A stretch of 64,000 nucleotides of DNA from an uncultured bacterium (lineage in GTDB: Bacteria; Edwardsbacteria; AC1; EtOH8): contig CAWAAX010000026.1 of NCBI GenBank assembly GCA_963780225.1, positions 96,001 to 160,000 on the forward strand, written 5' to 3'. A program made the translations under genes and the position numbers. Under the pieces are notes generated by a model. It searched no databases and was not told the origin of the DNA. It worked only from the letters and a program-made list of their open reading frames with translations. This document shows, one piece after another, positions 8,570 through 19,650 of this stretch (positions are counted from its first letter, which is position 1; each line of letters opens with the position of its first letter).

Positions 8570-11179
8570 ATGAAGAGCATCCCCGAAAAATACGACTTTT
8601 CCCTGGTGGAAAAACACTGGGTGGAAACCTGGCTTAAACAGGGTATTTACGACTGGAACCCGGCCATCGAACGGGCCAAGACCTTTGCGGTGGACACCCC
8701 GCCGCCCACCGTCTCCGGCTCGCTTCACGTGGGCTCGGCCTTCGGCTATGTCCAGCAGGACGTGATAGTGCGACAGCGCCGGATGAAGGGCCTCAACATC
8801 TTCTACCCCATGGGCTGGGATGACAACGGCCTGCCCACCGAGCGCCGGGTGCAGAACATGTTCCACGTCCGCTGCAACCCCCACCTGTCCCATAAAAAGG
8901 ATTTTGTTCCAAAGAACAACAAGAAGGAACCGGCGGAGGAGATCAGCCGCGACAATTTCATAGAACTATGCCACCAGGTCACCAAGCAGGACGAGGAGGT
9001 CTTCAAGTCGCTGTGGCAGCACCTGGGGCTGTCCATTGACTGGTCGCTGGAATACGCCACCATAGACGACCACTGCCGGCGGACCTCGCAGCTGTCGTTC
9101 CTGAAACTGTTAAAGGACGGCCGGGCTTACACCAGCTTCGCCCCGCACCTCTGGGACGTGGACTTCAAGACCGCGGTCTCCCAGGCCGAGGTGGAGGACA
9201 AGGTCTTACCCGGACATTTTCACAATATTCGTTTCGGCATTGAGGGTGGCGGGTCATTTGTCATCGCCACCACCCGGCCAGAGCTGCTGCCGGCCTGCGT
9301 GGCCGTGATCGCCCATCCCGACGACGAGCGCTACAAGCCATATTTTGGCAAGAGCGCCGTCACCCCGTTGTTCCGGGCCAGGGTTCCCATCATCGCCAAC
9401 GAGAAGGCCGACCCGGAAAAGGGCACCGGCATCCTGATGGTCTGCACCTTCGGCGACATGATGGACGTGGAGTGGTGGAAGCAATACAAACTGCCTTTGC
9501 GCCAGGTGATCGGCCATGATGGCCGGATGATGGACGTCAGTTTTGGCGCCCCGGGCTGGGACAGCGCCGATCCGGCCGCCGCGGGCAAGTTCTACTCCGA
9601 GATAAAGGGCAAGACCGCCAAGCAGGCGCAGGCCAAAGTAGTAGAGATGTTACGTAGTAAAGATGGAGAGGCCCTGCCGGGGCTGGGAGCGCCCTTGACC
9701 GAGGAGCCCAAGCCCATAGAGCACCCGGTGAAAATGTACGAAAGGGGCGAGCGGCCACTGGAGATCATCCCCACCATGCAGTGGTTCATCCGGATCATGG
9801 ACCTTAAAGAGGAACTGCTGGAGCAGGGGAGGAAGATAAAATGGCATCCGACTCACATGCGGACCCGCTACGAGGACTGGGTTAAGGGACTGAACCAGGA
9901 CTGGTGCGTCAGCCGCCAGCGCTACTTCGGCGTGCCCATCCCGGTATGGTATCCGCTGGACGCCGAGGGCAACCCAATATACCAGAAGCCGATCCTGCCG
10001 TCCGAAGAACAGCTGCCCATAGATCCCCAGTCGCACCCGGCTCCCGGCTATGAAGAATCCCAGCGGGACAAGCCCCATGGCTTCACCGCCGACCCCGATG
10101 TGCTTGACACCTGGGCCACCAGCTCCATGACCCCGCAGATTGCCAGCCACTGGGCCAAGGATCCCGAACGCCACCAAAAGGTCTTCCCCATGGACATCCG
10201 GCCCCAGGGCCCGGAGATCATCCGCACCTGGGCCTTTTACACCATCGTCAAGGCCTACCTGCACGAGAAGCAGATCCCCTGGCACAGCGCGCTGATCAAC
10301 GGCTGGATAATGGACCCCGACCGCAAGAAGATGTCCAAGAGCAAGGGCCAGGCGGTGACTCCGGAACACCTGCTGGTGCAGTTCTCCTCGGACGGGTTCC
10401 GCTACTGGTCGGCCAAGGCCCGGCTGGGGGTGGACACCATGTACGACGAGGCCAATTTTGCCAACGGCAAGCGCTTGACTACCAAACTCTACAATGCGGT
10501 CAAGTTCGCGGCCGGGCACATCCTAAGCGCCGACCAGTCGAAGATCACGCCACAGGCCATCACCGACCCGCTGGACCTCAGTTTCACCGGCCACCTGAAA
10601 CAAGTGGTCGCCAGGTCGGGAAGATACTTTGAGAATTTCGAGTACGCCGACGCACTGCAGGAGACGGAGAGCTTCTTCTGGGAGAAGCTGTGCGACAATT
10701 ACCTGGAGCTGATAAAGGTCCGGGCTTACCAGGAAGGGGACTCGGCCGGCAAGCTTTCGGCCCTGGCCACCCTGAAGTTAACTTTGAATGTCATCTTAAG
10801 GCTGTTCGCCCCGTTCATCCCCTATTTTACCGAGGAGGCCTGGAGCTGGATGTTTGCGGCGGAGTCCGGGAAGCAAATGTCGGTCCACACCTCGGACTGG
10901 CCGGATGAAACGGAGTTCAAGGACATCAAGGCTTCCGCCGAGGGCGATCCCTTCGGAGCCGCCATGGAGGTCTTGAGCGCGGTCCGCAAGGTCAAGAGCG
11001 AGGCCAAGGTCAGCGTCAAGACGCCGCTGAAGTACCTGAAGATAACCGGAAGCTCCGAAGACATGAAGGTGCTGAAGCTGGTCTGGCAGGACATGCTGGG
11101 CACGGTGGGTGCGCAGGAGGCGGAGGCTGTCGAGGGCAAGGTGGAGGGAAGCAAGTTCGAGGTCAAGGCGGAACTCTAA
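8570..11179 (+). CDS. valS: Valine--tRNA ligase (type-2-like, apparently lacking the C-terminal coiled coil)
   Basis: DTPPPTVSGSLHVG, GWDDNGLPTE, TTRPE, DWCVSRQR and KMSKS motifs. Confidence 0.95.
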   Translation: MKSIPEKYDFSLVEKHWVETWLKQGIYDWNPAIERAKTFAVDTPPPTVSGSLHVGSAFGYVQQDVIVRQRRMKGLNIFYPMGWDDNGLPTERRVQNMFHVRCNPHLSHKKDFVPKNNKKEPAEEISRDNFIELCHQVTKQDEEVFKSLWQHLGLSIDWSLEYATIDDHCRRTSQLSFLKLLKDGRAYTSFAPHLWDVDFKTAVSQAEVEDKVLPGHFHNIRFGIEGGGSFVIATTRPELLPACVAVIAHPDDERYKPYFGKSAVTPLFRARVPIIANEKADPEKGTGILMVCTFGDMMDVEWWKQYKLPLRQVIGHDGRMMDVSFGAPGWDSADPAAAGKFYSEIKGKTAKQAQAKVVEMLRSKDGEALPGLGAPLTEEPKPIEHPVKMYERGERPLEIIPTMQWFIRIMDLKEELLEQGRKIKWHPTHMRTRYEDWVKGLNQDWCVSRQRYFGVPIPVWYPLDAEGNPIYQKPILPSEEQLPIDPQSHPAPGYEESQRDKPHGFTADPDVLDTWATSSMTPQIASHWAKDPERHQKVFPMDIRPQGPEIIRTWAFYTIVKAYLHEKQIPWHSALINGWIMDPDRKKMSKSKGQAVTPEHLLVQFSSDGFRYWSAKARLGVDTMYDEANFANGKRLTTKLYNAVKFAAGHILSADQSKITPQAITDPLDLSFTGHLKQVVARSGRYFENFEYADALQETESFFWEKLCDNYLELIKVRAYQEGDSAGKLSALATLKLTLNVILRLFAPFIPYFTEEAWSWMFAAESGKQMSVHTSDWPDETEFKDIKASAEGDPFGAAMEVLSAVRKVKSEAKVSVKTPLKYLKITGSSEDMKVLKLVWQDMLGTVGAQEAEAVEGKVEGSKFEVKAEL

Positions 11180-11419
11180 TATCCAATTTTCAATTCATGA
11201 TTCCATGGTGCTATGCCATCCCGCCAAAGGCGGACAGGAAATAACATCGCTACTAATCATCAACCCCGATAAATCTGGCTGTTTGGACAGGCCGTGAATA
11301 CGCTATCCAGCTTCGTCAGGCAGGCCTCGTTAGAGGGACTTGATGATTTATAGCGATAGCCTTAAGGCTATCGCTAAGAAAAGGGAAAAGCGGAACTCTA
11401 AAACAACAAGGAGTTTCTG

Positions 11420-12622
11420 ATGAAAAAGGCATCTTTTGTTTCTTTGGTTCTAATGGTGCTGGCGGCCAATTCATTGGTCTTGGCCCAGCCTGCAAAAGTA
11501 CTGCTCCTGGAGCCGGAGACGGAAGATGCTCTTTTTTCTTTAGCCTGTGATGTTCATATCTGGATGAAAGCAAGCTTTGGAAAGAATGAAAATTTTTTGG
11601 TATTACTGGACCTGAAGCAAGCCCGAGACACATTGGCAAAAAAAGGTATCTATTTAAGCAGGTGCAAAACAAACAACGATTATTATAAGGTCGGCGGTGT
11701 TTTGCATGCCAATAAAATAATTTATACAAAACTTTATTCAATTGACCAACAATATATCTTTTCGGCAACTGTTTTTGACGTGATAAACAAGCAGGTATTG
11801 TATCAGAAAGAAACTGATGTAAATATTGCTTATAAAAAGGATCTTTATGATTTTACAAACAACGCTGTAAAAGAACTAGCGGATACTATATTCAATATTC
11901 CCAACAATATCCTTGGAAAAGAAGAGGACACTACTATAACTTATGGTGATTTTGGCCTAAAGAAGGAAGGTTTGGATAAATTACGTGCCTTGTCTGATAT
12001 TATTGGAAAGGAAGAGTTTGATAACGTCCTAAAAGCAAAATACAAGAAGACGCCGGTTTTAAAAAAGAGTGAAAAAATATTTTACCCGGATAGTATCCGT
12101 AGTAAAGGGATTGGTGGGTTAGTTAATCTATATGCTCTTGTAAATGAAGAAGGCAATATCTCAAGAATAGAACTTGCACAATCATCTAACAGCACGTTAT
12201 TGGATTCACTGGCGAAACAAGCCGTTCATAAGTTTGAATATTCACCAGGCATTGATAGTAATGGTATGGCACAGAAGGTCTGGATTTTAATCCATGTTGA
12301 TTTTGATCTAATAAAGGGTGCAGCTGAATATGGCGAATTCAAGGCCATGGAAGAAACCCCTGAGATTGTTAAAAAAGTAGCACCTATCTATCCACCTGCC
12401 GCCAAGGCCAATGGCGATCAAGGCAGGGTTATTTTATATTTGTTAATAGATATTGATGGACGAGTAAAACGAGTTGATATAGCGATATCCTCGGGCAGCA
12501 CTCTATTGGATGAAGCCGCAACAACGGCAGCAAGACAATTTATTTTCACGCCGGCCATTGCCCCCGGCCATATTCCGGTTAGGGTATGGATTATGTATCC
12601 GGTTAGCTTCAGTTTGGAGTAA
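11420..12622 (+). CDS. Secreted protein with two TonB C-terminal domains
   Basis: Two YP..(G)..G.V.L..L(V/I)...G..SS...LLD..A..A...F...P units; signal peptide; AT-rich. Confidence 0.7.
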   Translation: MKKASFVSLVLMVLAANSLVLAQPAKVLLLEPETEDALFSLACDVHIWMKASFGKNENFLVLLDLKQARDTLAKKGIYLSRCKTNNDYYKVGGVLHANKIIYTKLYSIDQQYIFSATVFDVINKQVLYQKETDVNIAYKKDLYDFTNNAVKELADTIFNIPNNILGKEEDTTITYGDFGLKKEGLDKLRALSDIIGKEEFDNVLKAKYKKTPVLKKSEKIFYPDSIRSKGIGGLVNLYALVNEEGNISRIELAQSSNSTLLDSLAKQAVHKFEYSPGIDSNGMAQKVWILIHVDFDLIKGAAEYGEFKAMEETPEIVKKVAPIYPPAAKANGDQGRVILYLLIDIDGRVKRVDIAISSGSTLLDEAATTAARQFIFTPAIAPGHIPVRVWIMYPVSFSLE

Positions 12623-12693
12623 ATGAACAAGACCCAATAGCGGAAGCGATGGAACCGGGGCCAAAACGGAACTAAATAATTAAGGAGCCTTCA

Positions 12694-14304
12694 ATGAAGA
12701 AAATATTAGCAATCCTGGTCTTCTGTTCTCTTTTGGCCGGCGGGGCCCTGGCCGCCGGGAAGAAGACCACCATCTCCGTCATGGACCTGAACACCACCTC
12801 GGGGCTTGCCCCCAAGGAAATGGCCCTGCTGACCGACAAACTGCTGAACAGCCTGGTGGAATACCGGGTCTTTGAAGTGGTGGAACGCTCCAAGCGCGAC
12901 GAGATCCTTAAGGAACAGGGCTTTCAGATGACCGGGGCCTGCGACCAGACCTCATGTCTGGTTGAAGCCGGCCAGCTGCTGGGCGCTCAGAAGATGATCG
13001 GCGGGACCATCGGCAAGCTGGGCAACGTCTATGCCATAGAACTGCGGATGCTGGACATCCAGACCGGGGGCATAGACCTCTCCTTCTCCCGCAACTACGG
13101 AAAGATTGCCGATCTCTTGAGCGCCATGAAGGAGGCGGCCGAGATTTTCTCTTCCTGGAAGCCGGGAACCGCCGGCCAAAGCGCCAAGCCGGGCGGTCTG
13201 TTTGTGGTCACCGAGCCCGATGGGGCCAAGATCCTGGTGGACGGCCAGGAACAAACCGGCCGGACACCGAATCTGGTGTACCCCCTGTCCGAGGGGTTGC
13301 ACCAGATCTCAATAGTCAAGGAAGGCTACAGCCTGTTCTCCACCAGCCGGCTGGTGAGCGTCGGAAAAGTGGACACGGTAAGCGCGCCGCTGATGAGCCT
13401 GGCCGGAAAGCTGAAGATCAAGACCGATCCGGCCGGGGCCAAGCTGTATTTGAATAAAAAATACCAGGGTATCGTCACCGAGCAAGGCATAACCATAGAG
13501 GACCTGACCGACTCGCTGTACAAGATAAAGGCCGTCAAGTCGGGCTATAAAACGTACAATGCGAAATTGGTCCCCACACCCGGCCGGGAAACAAAGATAG
13601 AGGCCAAAATGCCGCTCCGGCGCTGGAAGATCAATTTTTGTTCCTTCGATTATGTGAAGAACCTGGCTTCCAGTAACGAGGAGGTTTCCACCTTCGACCC
13701 CTATAGCGCCGCTACCCAGACCATGTCTGTCACTGAAGATGATTTCGTGGGCAGCGGATTGGGGGGCGGTGCGGGGGTGGGCTTTGCCCTCAGCCGCAAT
13801 ATCACCCTGGGACTGATGTACCAGTTCCGGATATATCCGGATGCGATAGAAAAGAACTTCTCGTCCGACTGGTATTCAACCACGATGCAGTCCGAAGAAC
13901 TGGAGATCAATTTCATCTCCCATACCCCTCTGGTCAATCTTACGATCGCGTTACCCCGGGACCATATGGAGCCATATGTCGAGATCAGGTATGGCGCCAT
14001 CAGCTTCTCGGCCAAAGCCGACGGGGAGCATGAGATCGAGTACCAGTCGCGTCCGTCGGTGGACAGCACATTTACCACTGACAGCACCGTCACCAAAAAA
14101 ATCGACGATAAGGTGGTGTACAAGACGCTTCAGGTGGGCGGAGGTTTTTTGTTTTGGTTAAGGCCCGACCGGGAGACCCTGCGGGTCTACTGGATGTATT
14201 CCCAGGACAGTTTTGAGGATTTCTCCATGCCCGGATCACAGCAGGATATCGACCTGAAGGCCTCGGGACTGCAGTTCGGCTGGGGCCTGACGGTTCACTT
14301 TTAA
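12694..14304 (+). CDS. CsgG/TolB-N-like domain + PEGA domains + outer-membrane beta-barrel protein
   Basis: VVERSKRDEILKEQ..C...C.VEAGQLLGA; two T(E/D)P.GAK PEGA repeats; terminal Phe. Confidence 0.7.
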   Translation: MKKILAILVFCSLLAGGALAAGKKTTISVMDLNTTSGLAPKEMALLTDKLLNSLVEYRVFEVVERSKRDEILKEQGFQMTGACDQTSCLVEAGQLLGAQKMIGGTIGKLGNVYAIELRMLDIQTGGIDLSFSRNYGKIADLLSAMKEAAEIFSSWKPGTAGQSAKPGGLFVVTEPDGAKILVDGQEQTGRTPNLVYPLSEGLHQISIVKEGYSLFSTSRLVSVGKVDTVSAPLMSLAGKLKIKTDPAGAKLYLNKKYQGIVTEQGITIEDLTDSLYKIKAVKSGYKTYNAKLVPTPGRETKIEAKMPLRRWKINFCSFDYVKNLASSNEEVSTFDPYSAATQTMSVTEDDFVGSGLGGGAGVGFALSRNITLGLMYQFRIYPDAIEKNFSSDWYSTTMQSEELEINFISHTPLVNLTIALPRDHMEPYVEIRYGAISFSAKADGEHEIEYQSRPSVDSTFTTDSTVTKKIDDKVVYKTLQVGGGFLFWLRPDRETLRVYWMYSQDSFEDFSMPGSQQDIDLKASGLQFGWGLTVHF

Positions 14305-14326
14305 AACAACTGTTGCCAGGATAAGC

Positions 14327-14357
14327 AAAGCCCCGATGAGAACCTCATCGGGGCTTT
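14327..14357. terminator. Bidirectional terminator
   Basis: AAAGCCCCGATGAG/CTCATCGGGGCTTT hairpin. Confidence 0.8.
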
Positions 14358-14376
14358 ATGCTTGAGTTTAGCACAG

Positions 14377-15428
14377 CTATTCCATTATTGCCGGCTTGGG
14401 GCTGGCCGTCAGCAGTTTTTCCGACAGCCACTTGAAAACAAAGGCCAGGCCGTTCCAGACATGCAGGGAAAACAGGCCCAAGAACAATCCCAGGACCATG
14501 AATATCAAGGCCTGGGGTAACCCCAGCGCCAGGCCGTGGCCTACATCCACGTTCACATGCTGGTAAATGAAGGGAATGGAGATGAAAACCAGGCTAAGCA
14601 CGCCCAGCACTATCAGCAGAATAAAGGCCAGCAGGCCCAGGGGGAATTTAAGGAACAGATAGCCCAGACCCTTCCAGGTCACCGGGCTGGACAGCCTGGC
14701 CCGGAACCAGCACCAGGCATTTTGGCCGGAAGACCAGCGTAAAATACCTTCGGGCTCGATCCTGGCCCCAGCAAGCGGTGCGACTGGAAACGTTCAGCTT
14801 TGAACTGGAGAAATACCGAAAGCCACTTGAAAACAAAGGCCAGGCCGTTCCAGACATGCAGGGAAAACAGGCCCAAGAACAATCCCAGGACCATGAATAT
14901 CAAGGCCTGGGGTAGCCCCAGCGCCAGGCCGTGGCCTACATCCACGTTCACATGCTGGTAAATGAAGGGAATGGAGATGAAAACCAGGCTAAGCACGCCC
15001 AGCACTATCAGCAGAATAAAGGCCAGCAGGCCCAGGGGGAATTTCAGGAACAGATAGCCCAGGCCCTTCCAGGTCAAGGAACTTGACAGCCTGGCCCGGA
15101 ACCAGCACCAGGCATTTTGGCCGGAAGACCAGCGTAAAATACCTTCGGGCTCGATCCTGGCCCCCAGCAAGCGGTGCGACTGGAAACGTTCCAGCTTTAC
15201 GAACTGCCGCCAGGCCAGCAGGATCAGGGCCAGCAGGGGCAGGCCGATGATTAAAACATAAAGCCCCACTCCCAGCGATATTCCCACGGTCAAAAAGACG
15301 AAATAAAGCAGGCCCAGGGGAAAGGCCAGCAAAAGGTACAGTATGTTGGCGTAGGTGCGCCCCTTGACCACGACCCCGAAGATGTTCTTAAGGGCCTCGG
15401 CCAGCTTTGATCCGAACGTGGTGTTCAT
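14377..15428 (-). pseudogene. Putative-sensor (PF13796-like) membrane protein with a tandem internal duplication and a 1-bp frameshift
   Basis: About 14426-14797 repeats about 14821-15197. Offset is 396 on one side and 395 on the other side of a C5-to-C4 run at about 14766-14769. Confidence 0.65.
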
Positions 15429-15460
15429 TTAAGTAAACTCCTAAAATTGTTGGTTGTTCT

Positions 15461-17575
15461 TTATTGCTTAATGCCCAGCTGGTCCAATACAAAGGCAAAC
15501 TGGTATGCCCTTTGCCGGACCGGTTCATAACGATCGGAAGAACTTAAATGCCCGCTTGACAGGTCGCATTGCAGCAGAACCGGATTATTACCGGTCTTTA
15601 ATGCTCTCAGTTTGGCAACCCATTTTGCCGGCTCCCAGAAAAATACCCTGGAATCATTCAAGCCGCAGGTTGTGAGTATTGCGGGGTAATCCTGGCTGAT
15701 CACATTGTCGTAAGGCGAATATGATTTCATATAACAGTAAACCTGTTCATCTTCAGGATTGCCGATATGGGTATGCTCGGACGGGGTTCCGGGCAGTGAT
15801 TTATCAAACATGTCATTCAAAACATCCACCCATGCTACCCTTGCTATTACGGCTTTAAATAGACGGGGACGCATATTTATCACTGCCCCCATCAATAAAC
15901 CTCCGGCGCTTCCCCCTTCAATTGCGAACTTTTCACTGCAGGTATATTTTTCATTTATTAAATGCTCCCCGCAGGCTATAAAATCGTAAAAGCTGTTTTT
16001 CTTGTTCAGCATTTTCCCCTGATCGTACCACTCCTGGCCAAGGTCGCCGCCTCCCCGAACGTGGGCAATGGCCCAGACAAAACCCCGGTCAAGAAGGCTG
16101 ATCAGGTCCGAGGAAAAATAGGGGTCGATCGTGCCGCCATAGGCGCCGTAACCATACATCAGCGCCGGGTTATTTCCATCGCGCGCCAAACCTTTTTTAT
16201 AAACCAGGGTGATCGGTATCTTTGTGCCGTCATAGCTTTTGGCGAAAATCCTTTCGGTCTGGTAATCATCTTTATTATAACCGCCGGGGATCTCCTGCAT
16301 TTTCACGATTTTGCTGGTTCTGTTCTTGAGGTCATACTCAAAAATAGTTTGTGGAGTTGTTAATGAAAAATACGAGTAGCGGTACGTATCACTGTTGTAT
16401 TCTGTATTTAAGGTGCTAAATACCACGTAATTCGGTTCATCAAAATTGATATAGTGAGTTTCGCCATTTCCCATATCAAGGATCTGAATTTTCGCCAAAC
16501 CCTGCTGGCGAAGCTTGAGAACAGCGTACCCTTTTAAAAACTCAACCTGCTCTATCAGCACGCTGTCCCGATGCGGAACCAGTACTTTTTTGTTTGCCAT
16601 TGCCGGATCGGATGCTGGAAGGGTGAAGACTTCGTAGTTCTTCCCGGCCGCATTGCTTCTTATTGAGAATTTGTCTTCAAAATGCTCGGCATAATATTTA
16701 ACACCTTCCTTGCGGGGGATGAGGATCTTGAATTCAGCGCTGGGAGCTTTGGAATCAATGTATCTTATCTCCCTGGTATCGGTAGTGAGGGACAGGGCAA
16801 AAATATAATTTTGGTCTTTACTCTTATACAGGAACAGATCAAACGCTTCATCCTTTTCATGAAACAGTAATTCATCGGCGGAGAAATCCGTGCCAAGCAC
16901 ATGACGATATACTTTATATATCCTGTTCGCGTCATCCCTGGTCGTATAAAGAATTGTCTTGTTATCATTGAACCATTTAAGGCCGCCGGTATTCGTGATT
17001 TCATCATCAAGGATCTTGCCGGTGCGCAGATCCTTAAACCTGATTATATATTTTTCAGCCCCGGTGGTGTCAAATGAAAAGGCAAGCAGGTTGTGATCGT
17101 AACTAACCTCATATTCCCCCAGGCTGAAATATTTTTTACCGCGGGCAAATTCATTCTCATCTAAAACAACCTCTTCGGTGGATTCGAGGCTCCCCATTTT
17201 CCGGCATCGTATGCTATACGATTTCCCTTCTTCCTCCCGGGAATAGTAATAGTACCCGCCAAGTTTGTACGGAAGAGATTCATCTTTCCCGGGCATTCTC
17301 CCCTTCATTTCTTTAAACAGTTTATCCCGTAACGGTTTGGTTGAGGCCATAACCTTTTCGGTGTATTTGTTTTCCGCCCGCAAATACTTCATCACTTCGG
17401 GATTATCCTTGTCTCTAAGCCATGCGTATGGATCCAAGCGAACATCACCGTGAGCTGTATCCGCTTTAAGGATTATTTTCGCTACAGGCGGGCGGATCAC
17501 AGCCTGCCCCAAAATTATTCCGGGATTTAACGCTAATGCCATAAAGAAAATGATATAAACTGGTTTTGATCTCAT
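15461..17575 (-). CDS. ptrB: Oligopeptidase B (S9A)
   Basis: DPYAWLRD, YGYGAYG, HVRGGG, GGSAGG nucleophile, DSRV, GH; start taken at MRSK with GGAGG RBS. Confidence 0.9.
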   Translation of the reverse strand: MRSKPVYIIFFMALALNPGIILGQAVIRPPVAKIILKADTAHGDVRLDPYAWLRDKDNPEVMKYLRAENKYTEKVMASTKPLRDKLFKEMKGRMPGKDESLPYKLGGYYYYSREEEGKSYSIRCRKMGSLESTEEVVLDENEFARGKKYFSLGEYEVSYDHNLLAFSFDTTGAEKYIIRFKDLRTGKILDDEITNTGGLKWFNDNKTILYTTRDDANRIYKVYRHVLGTDFSADELLFHEKDEAFDLFLYKSKDQNYIFALSLTTDTREIRYIDSKAPSAEFKILIPRKEGVKYYAEHFEDKFSIRSNAAGKNYEVFTLPASDPAMANKKVLVPHRDSVLIEQVEFLKGYAVLKLRQQGLAKIQILDMGNGETHYINFDEPNYVVFSTLNTEYNSDTYRYSYFSLTTPQTIFEYDLKNRTSKIVKMQEIPGGYNKDDYQTERIFAKSYDGTKIPITLVYKKGLARDGNNPALMYGYGAYGGTIDPYFSSDLISLLDRGFVWAIAHVRGGGDLGQEWYDQGKMLNKKNSFYDFIACGEHLINEKYTCSEKFAIEGGSAGGLLMGAVINMRPRLFKAVIARVAWVDVLNDMFDKSLPGTPSEHTHIGNPEDEQVYCYMKSYSPYDNVISQDYPAILTTCGLNDSRVFFWEPAKWVAKLRALKTGNNPVLLQCDLSSGHLSSSDRYEPVRQRAYQFAFVLDQLGIKQ

Positions 17576-17757
17576 TGTTGTTCCTCCGCTTCTTGGGTAA
17601 ATATATGACCAAAATCGATACATTTATTATAATAGAATACGGAAATAAGCCGGAATATGTTTCAATTCATCAGTAAATAGTTGAATTCAATAAAATTCGA
17701 TGGATTCATTATGGTTTGTCGCTTGTTTTTAAATTTAATTTATGCTATCTTTAAGAT

Positions 17758-18987
17758 ATGATAAAAACATCAGGTAACATAAGAACAAAGGACAGGCTCC
17801 GCTGGCAGCTGGGCGAGCGGGTCAAGGAACTGACCGCCCTGCACCGCACCGCCCTGATCTTGAACCGCTCCGGACGCTCCCCGGCCCACACCCTTAGGAG
17901 CCTGGCCCAGGCCATTGCCAGGGCCTGGCAGTTTTCAGAGGTGGCGGCGGTCAAAATAACCTGGGCCGGAAAAAGCTACGCTTCCAAGGGTTTTAAAAAA
18001 ACCAGGTGGAGCCAAAAGGCCGACATCAAGGTGGCCCCCGGGCAGGCAGGGTCGATAGAGGTCTGCTATCTGAAGGTCCGGCCCCCCGCCTACCGGGGGC
18101 CGTTTTTAAAGGAAGAGGTGCTGCTGCTGAATTCCCTGACCGTGATGTTAAAAACATACCTGCAGAACGTGGTTTACCAGGAGCATCAGGCCAAAGCCAA
18201 GGCGGTGCTGGAATGGCAGATAAGAAAACGGACCCGGGACCTGACCAAGGCCAACACCGACCTGCGCCGGGAGCTGGCCCTGGGGCGCCGCCGGGAGCGG
18301 CAGATCAAGACCTACCAGGAGCAGCTGAAAAGCCTGGCGGAGAAATTGTCCACCGCCGAGGAACGGGAGCGCCGGGAGATAGCCACCGACCTGCACGACC
18401 ACATCGGGCAGGGGCTGGCCATGATCAAGCTTAAGCTGCAGACCCTGCAGGGCCAAAATGCAAACAGCGGCCTGGGGCGGGAGATCGAGGAGATCAAGGA
18501 ACTGTCCCAGCAGGCCATCAAATATATCCGGGGCCTGATATTTGAACTCAGCCCGCTGGTGGTGTACGAACTGGGCTTTGGCGCGGCCCTGCAATGGCTG
18601 GCCGACCATTACTGGCAGAAATACAAGATGAGGGTGGTCATCAGAACTGCCGGCCGGTCCCGGGCCCTGGGGGAGGACCTAAGGATACTGCTGTTCAAGT
18701 CGGTGCAGGAGCTTTTGATCAACTCCGTCAAGCACGGCCAGGCCACCCGGGCCGAGGTCGCCGTCCGCTGGTTCCCCCGGAGCCTGGAGATCAGGGTCAG
18801 GGACCATGGGACCGGCTTCGTTCGGGCCACCAACGGGGAGTTCCAGCCGGACCTGAAAAGTTTCGGACTTTTCAACCTGAAGGAAAGGATCGTCCAGTAC
18901 GGCGGGCAGCTGACGGTCAACAGCCGGCCGGGGCAGGGGGCCCTGGTAACCATCAGTATTGAAACCAAAGCGGGAGTTAAGGGATGA
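17758..18987 (+). CDS. Cytoplasmic HisKA_3 sensor histidine kinase with a GAF-like N-terminal domain
   Basis: ERREIATDLHDHIGQ H-box; ELLINSVKH, DHGTGF and FGLFNLKER boxes; no TM helices. Confidence 0.9.
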   Translation: MIKTSGNIRTKDRLRWQLGERVKELTALHRTALILNRSGRSPAHTLRSLAQAIARAWQFSEVAAVKITWAGKSYASKGFKKTRWSQKADIKVAPGQAGSIEVCYLKVRPPAYRGPFLKEEVLLLNSLTVMLKTYLQNVVYQEHQAKAKAVLEWQIRKRTRDLTKANTDLRRELALGRRRERQIKTYQEQLKSLAEKLSTAEERERREIATDLHDHIGQGLAMIKLKLQTLQGQNANSGLGREIEEIKELSQQAIKYIRGLIFELSPLVVYELGFGAALQWLADHYWQKYKMRVVIRTAGRSRALGEDLRILLFKSVQELLINSVKHGQATRAEVAVRWFPRSLEIRVRDHGTGFVRATNGEFQPDLKSFGLFNLKERIVQYGGQLTVNSRPGQGALVTISIETKAGVKG

Positions 18988-19631
18988 ACGCTAAAATATT
19001 AGTGGCCGATGACCACCGGATGGTGCGGGAGGGATTGCGGTCCCTGATAGAACGCCAGCCGGGCCTGAGCGTCATCGCCGAGGCCCGGGACGGGGCCGAA
19101 GCGGTCAGCCTGACCAAGAAGCACCGGCCGGACCTGGTGGTGATGGATATTTCCATGCCCAACCTCAACGGTCTGGAGGCCATCCGCCTGATCCGGACCG
19201 AAAAGAACAAGACCAGGATCATCGTGCTCTCGATGCATGCCGACCGGCGCTACGTGGCCGAGGCCTTCAAGGCCGGAGCCGAGGGATATCTGCTCAAGGA
19301 TTCGGCCTTCGGAGAGCTGACCCAGGCCATCAAGACCGTGCTTCAGGGAAAACGGTTCCTCAGCCCCTCCATCGCCGACCTGCTGATAGACGGATACCTG
19401 ACCCGGGAGGACCAGACCCAGCCCAGCGCCTACAACCTGCTTTCGGTGCGGGAGCGGGAAGTGCTGCAGATGATGGCCGAAGGACAGGCCACCAAGCAGA
19501 TCGCCAAGGTGCTGAACCTGAGCATCAAGACCATCGAAACCTACCGCAAGCAGATCATGGACAAGCTCAACCTTCACAGCATCGCCCAGCTCACCAAATA
19601 CGCCATCCGGGAGGGGCTGACCGACCTCTGA
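18984..19631 (+). CDS. NarL/LuxR-family response regulator
   Basis: ADDH, MDISMP, LSM, LLK; LSVREREVL..KTIETYR HTH; ATGA overlap with the kinase. Confidence 0.95.
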   Translation: MNAKILVADDHRMVREGLRSLIERQPGLSVIAEARDGAEAVSLTKKHRPDLVVMDISMPNLNGLEAIRLIRTEKNKTRIIVLSMHADRRYVAEAFKAGAEGYLLKDSAFGELTQAIKTVLQGKRFLSPSIADLLIDGYLTREDQTQPSAYNLLSVREREVLQMMAEGQATKQIAKVLNLSIKTIETYRKQIMDKLNLHSIAQLTKYAIREGLTDL

Positions 19632-19650
19632 TTCCGGGCCTTCCGGCCAC

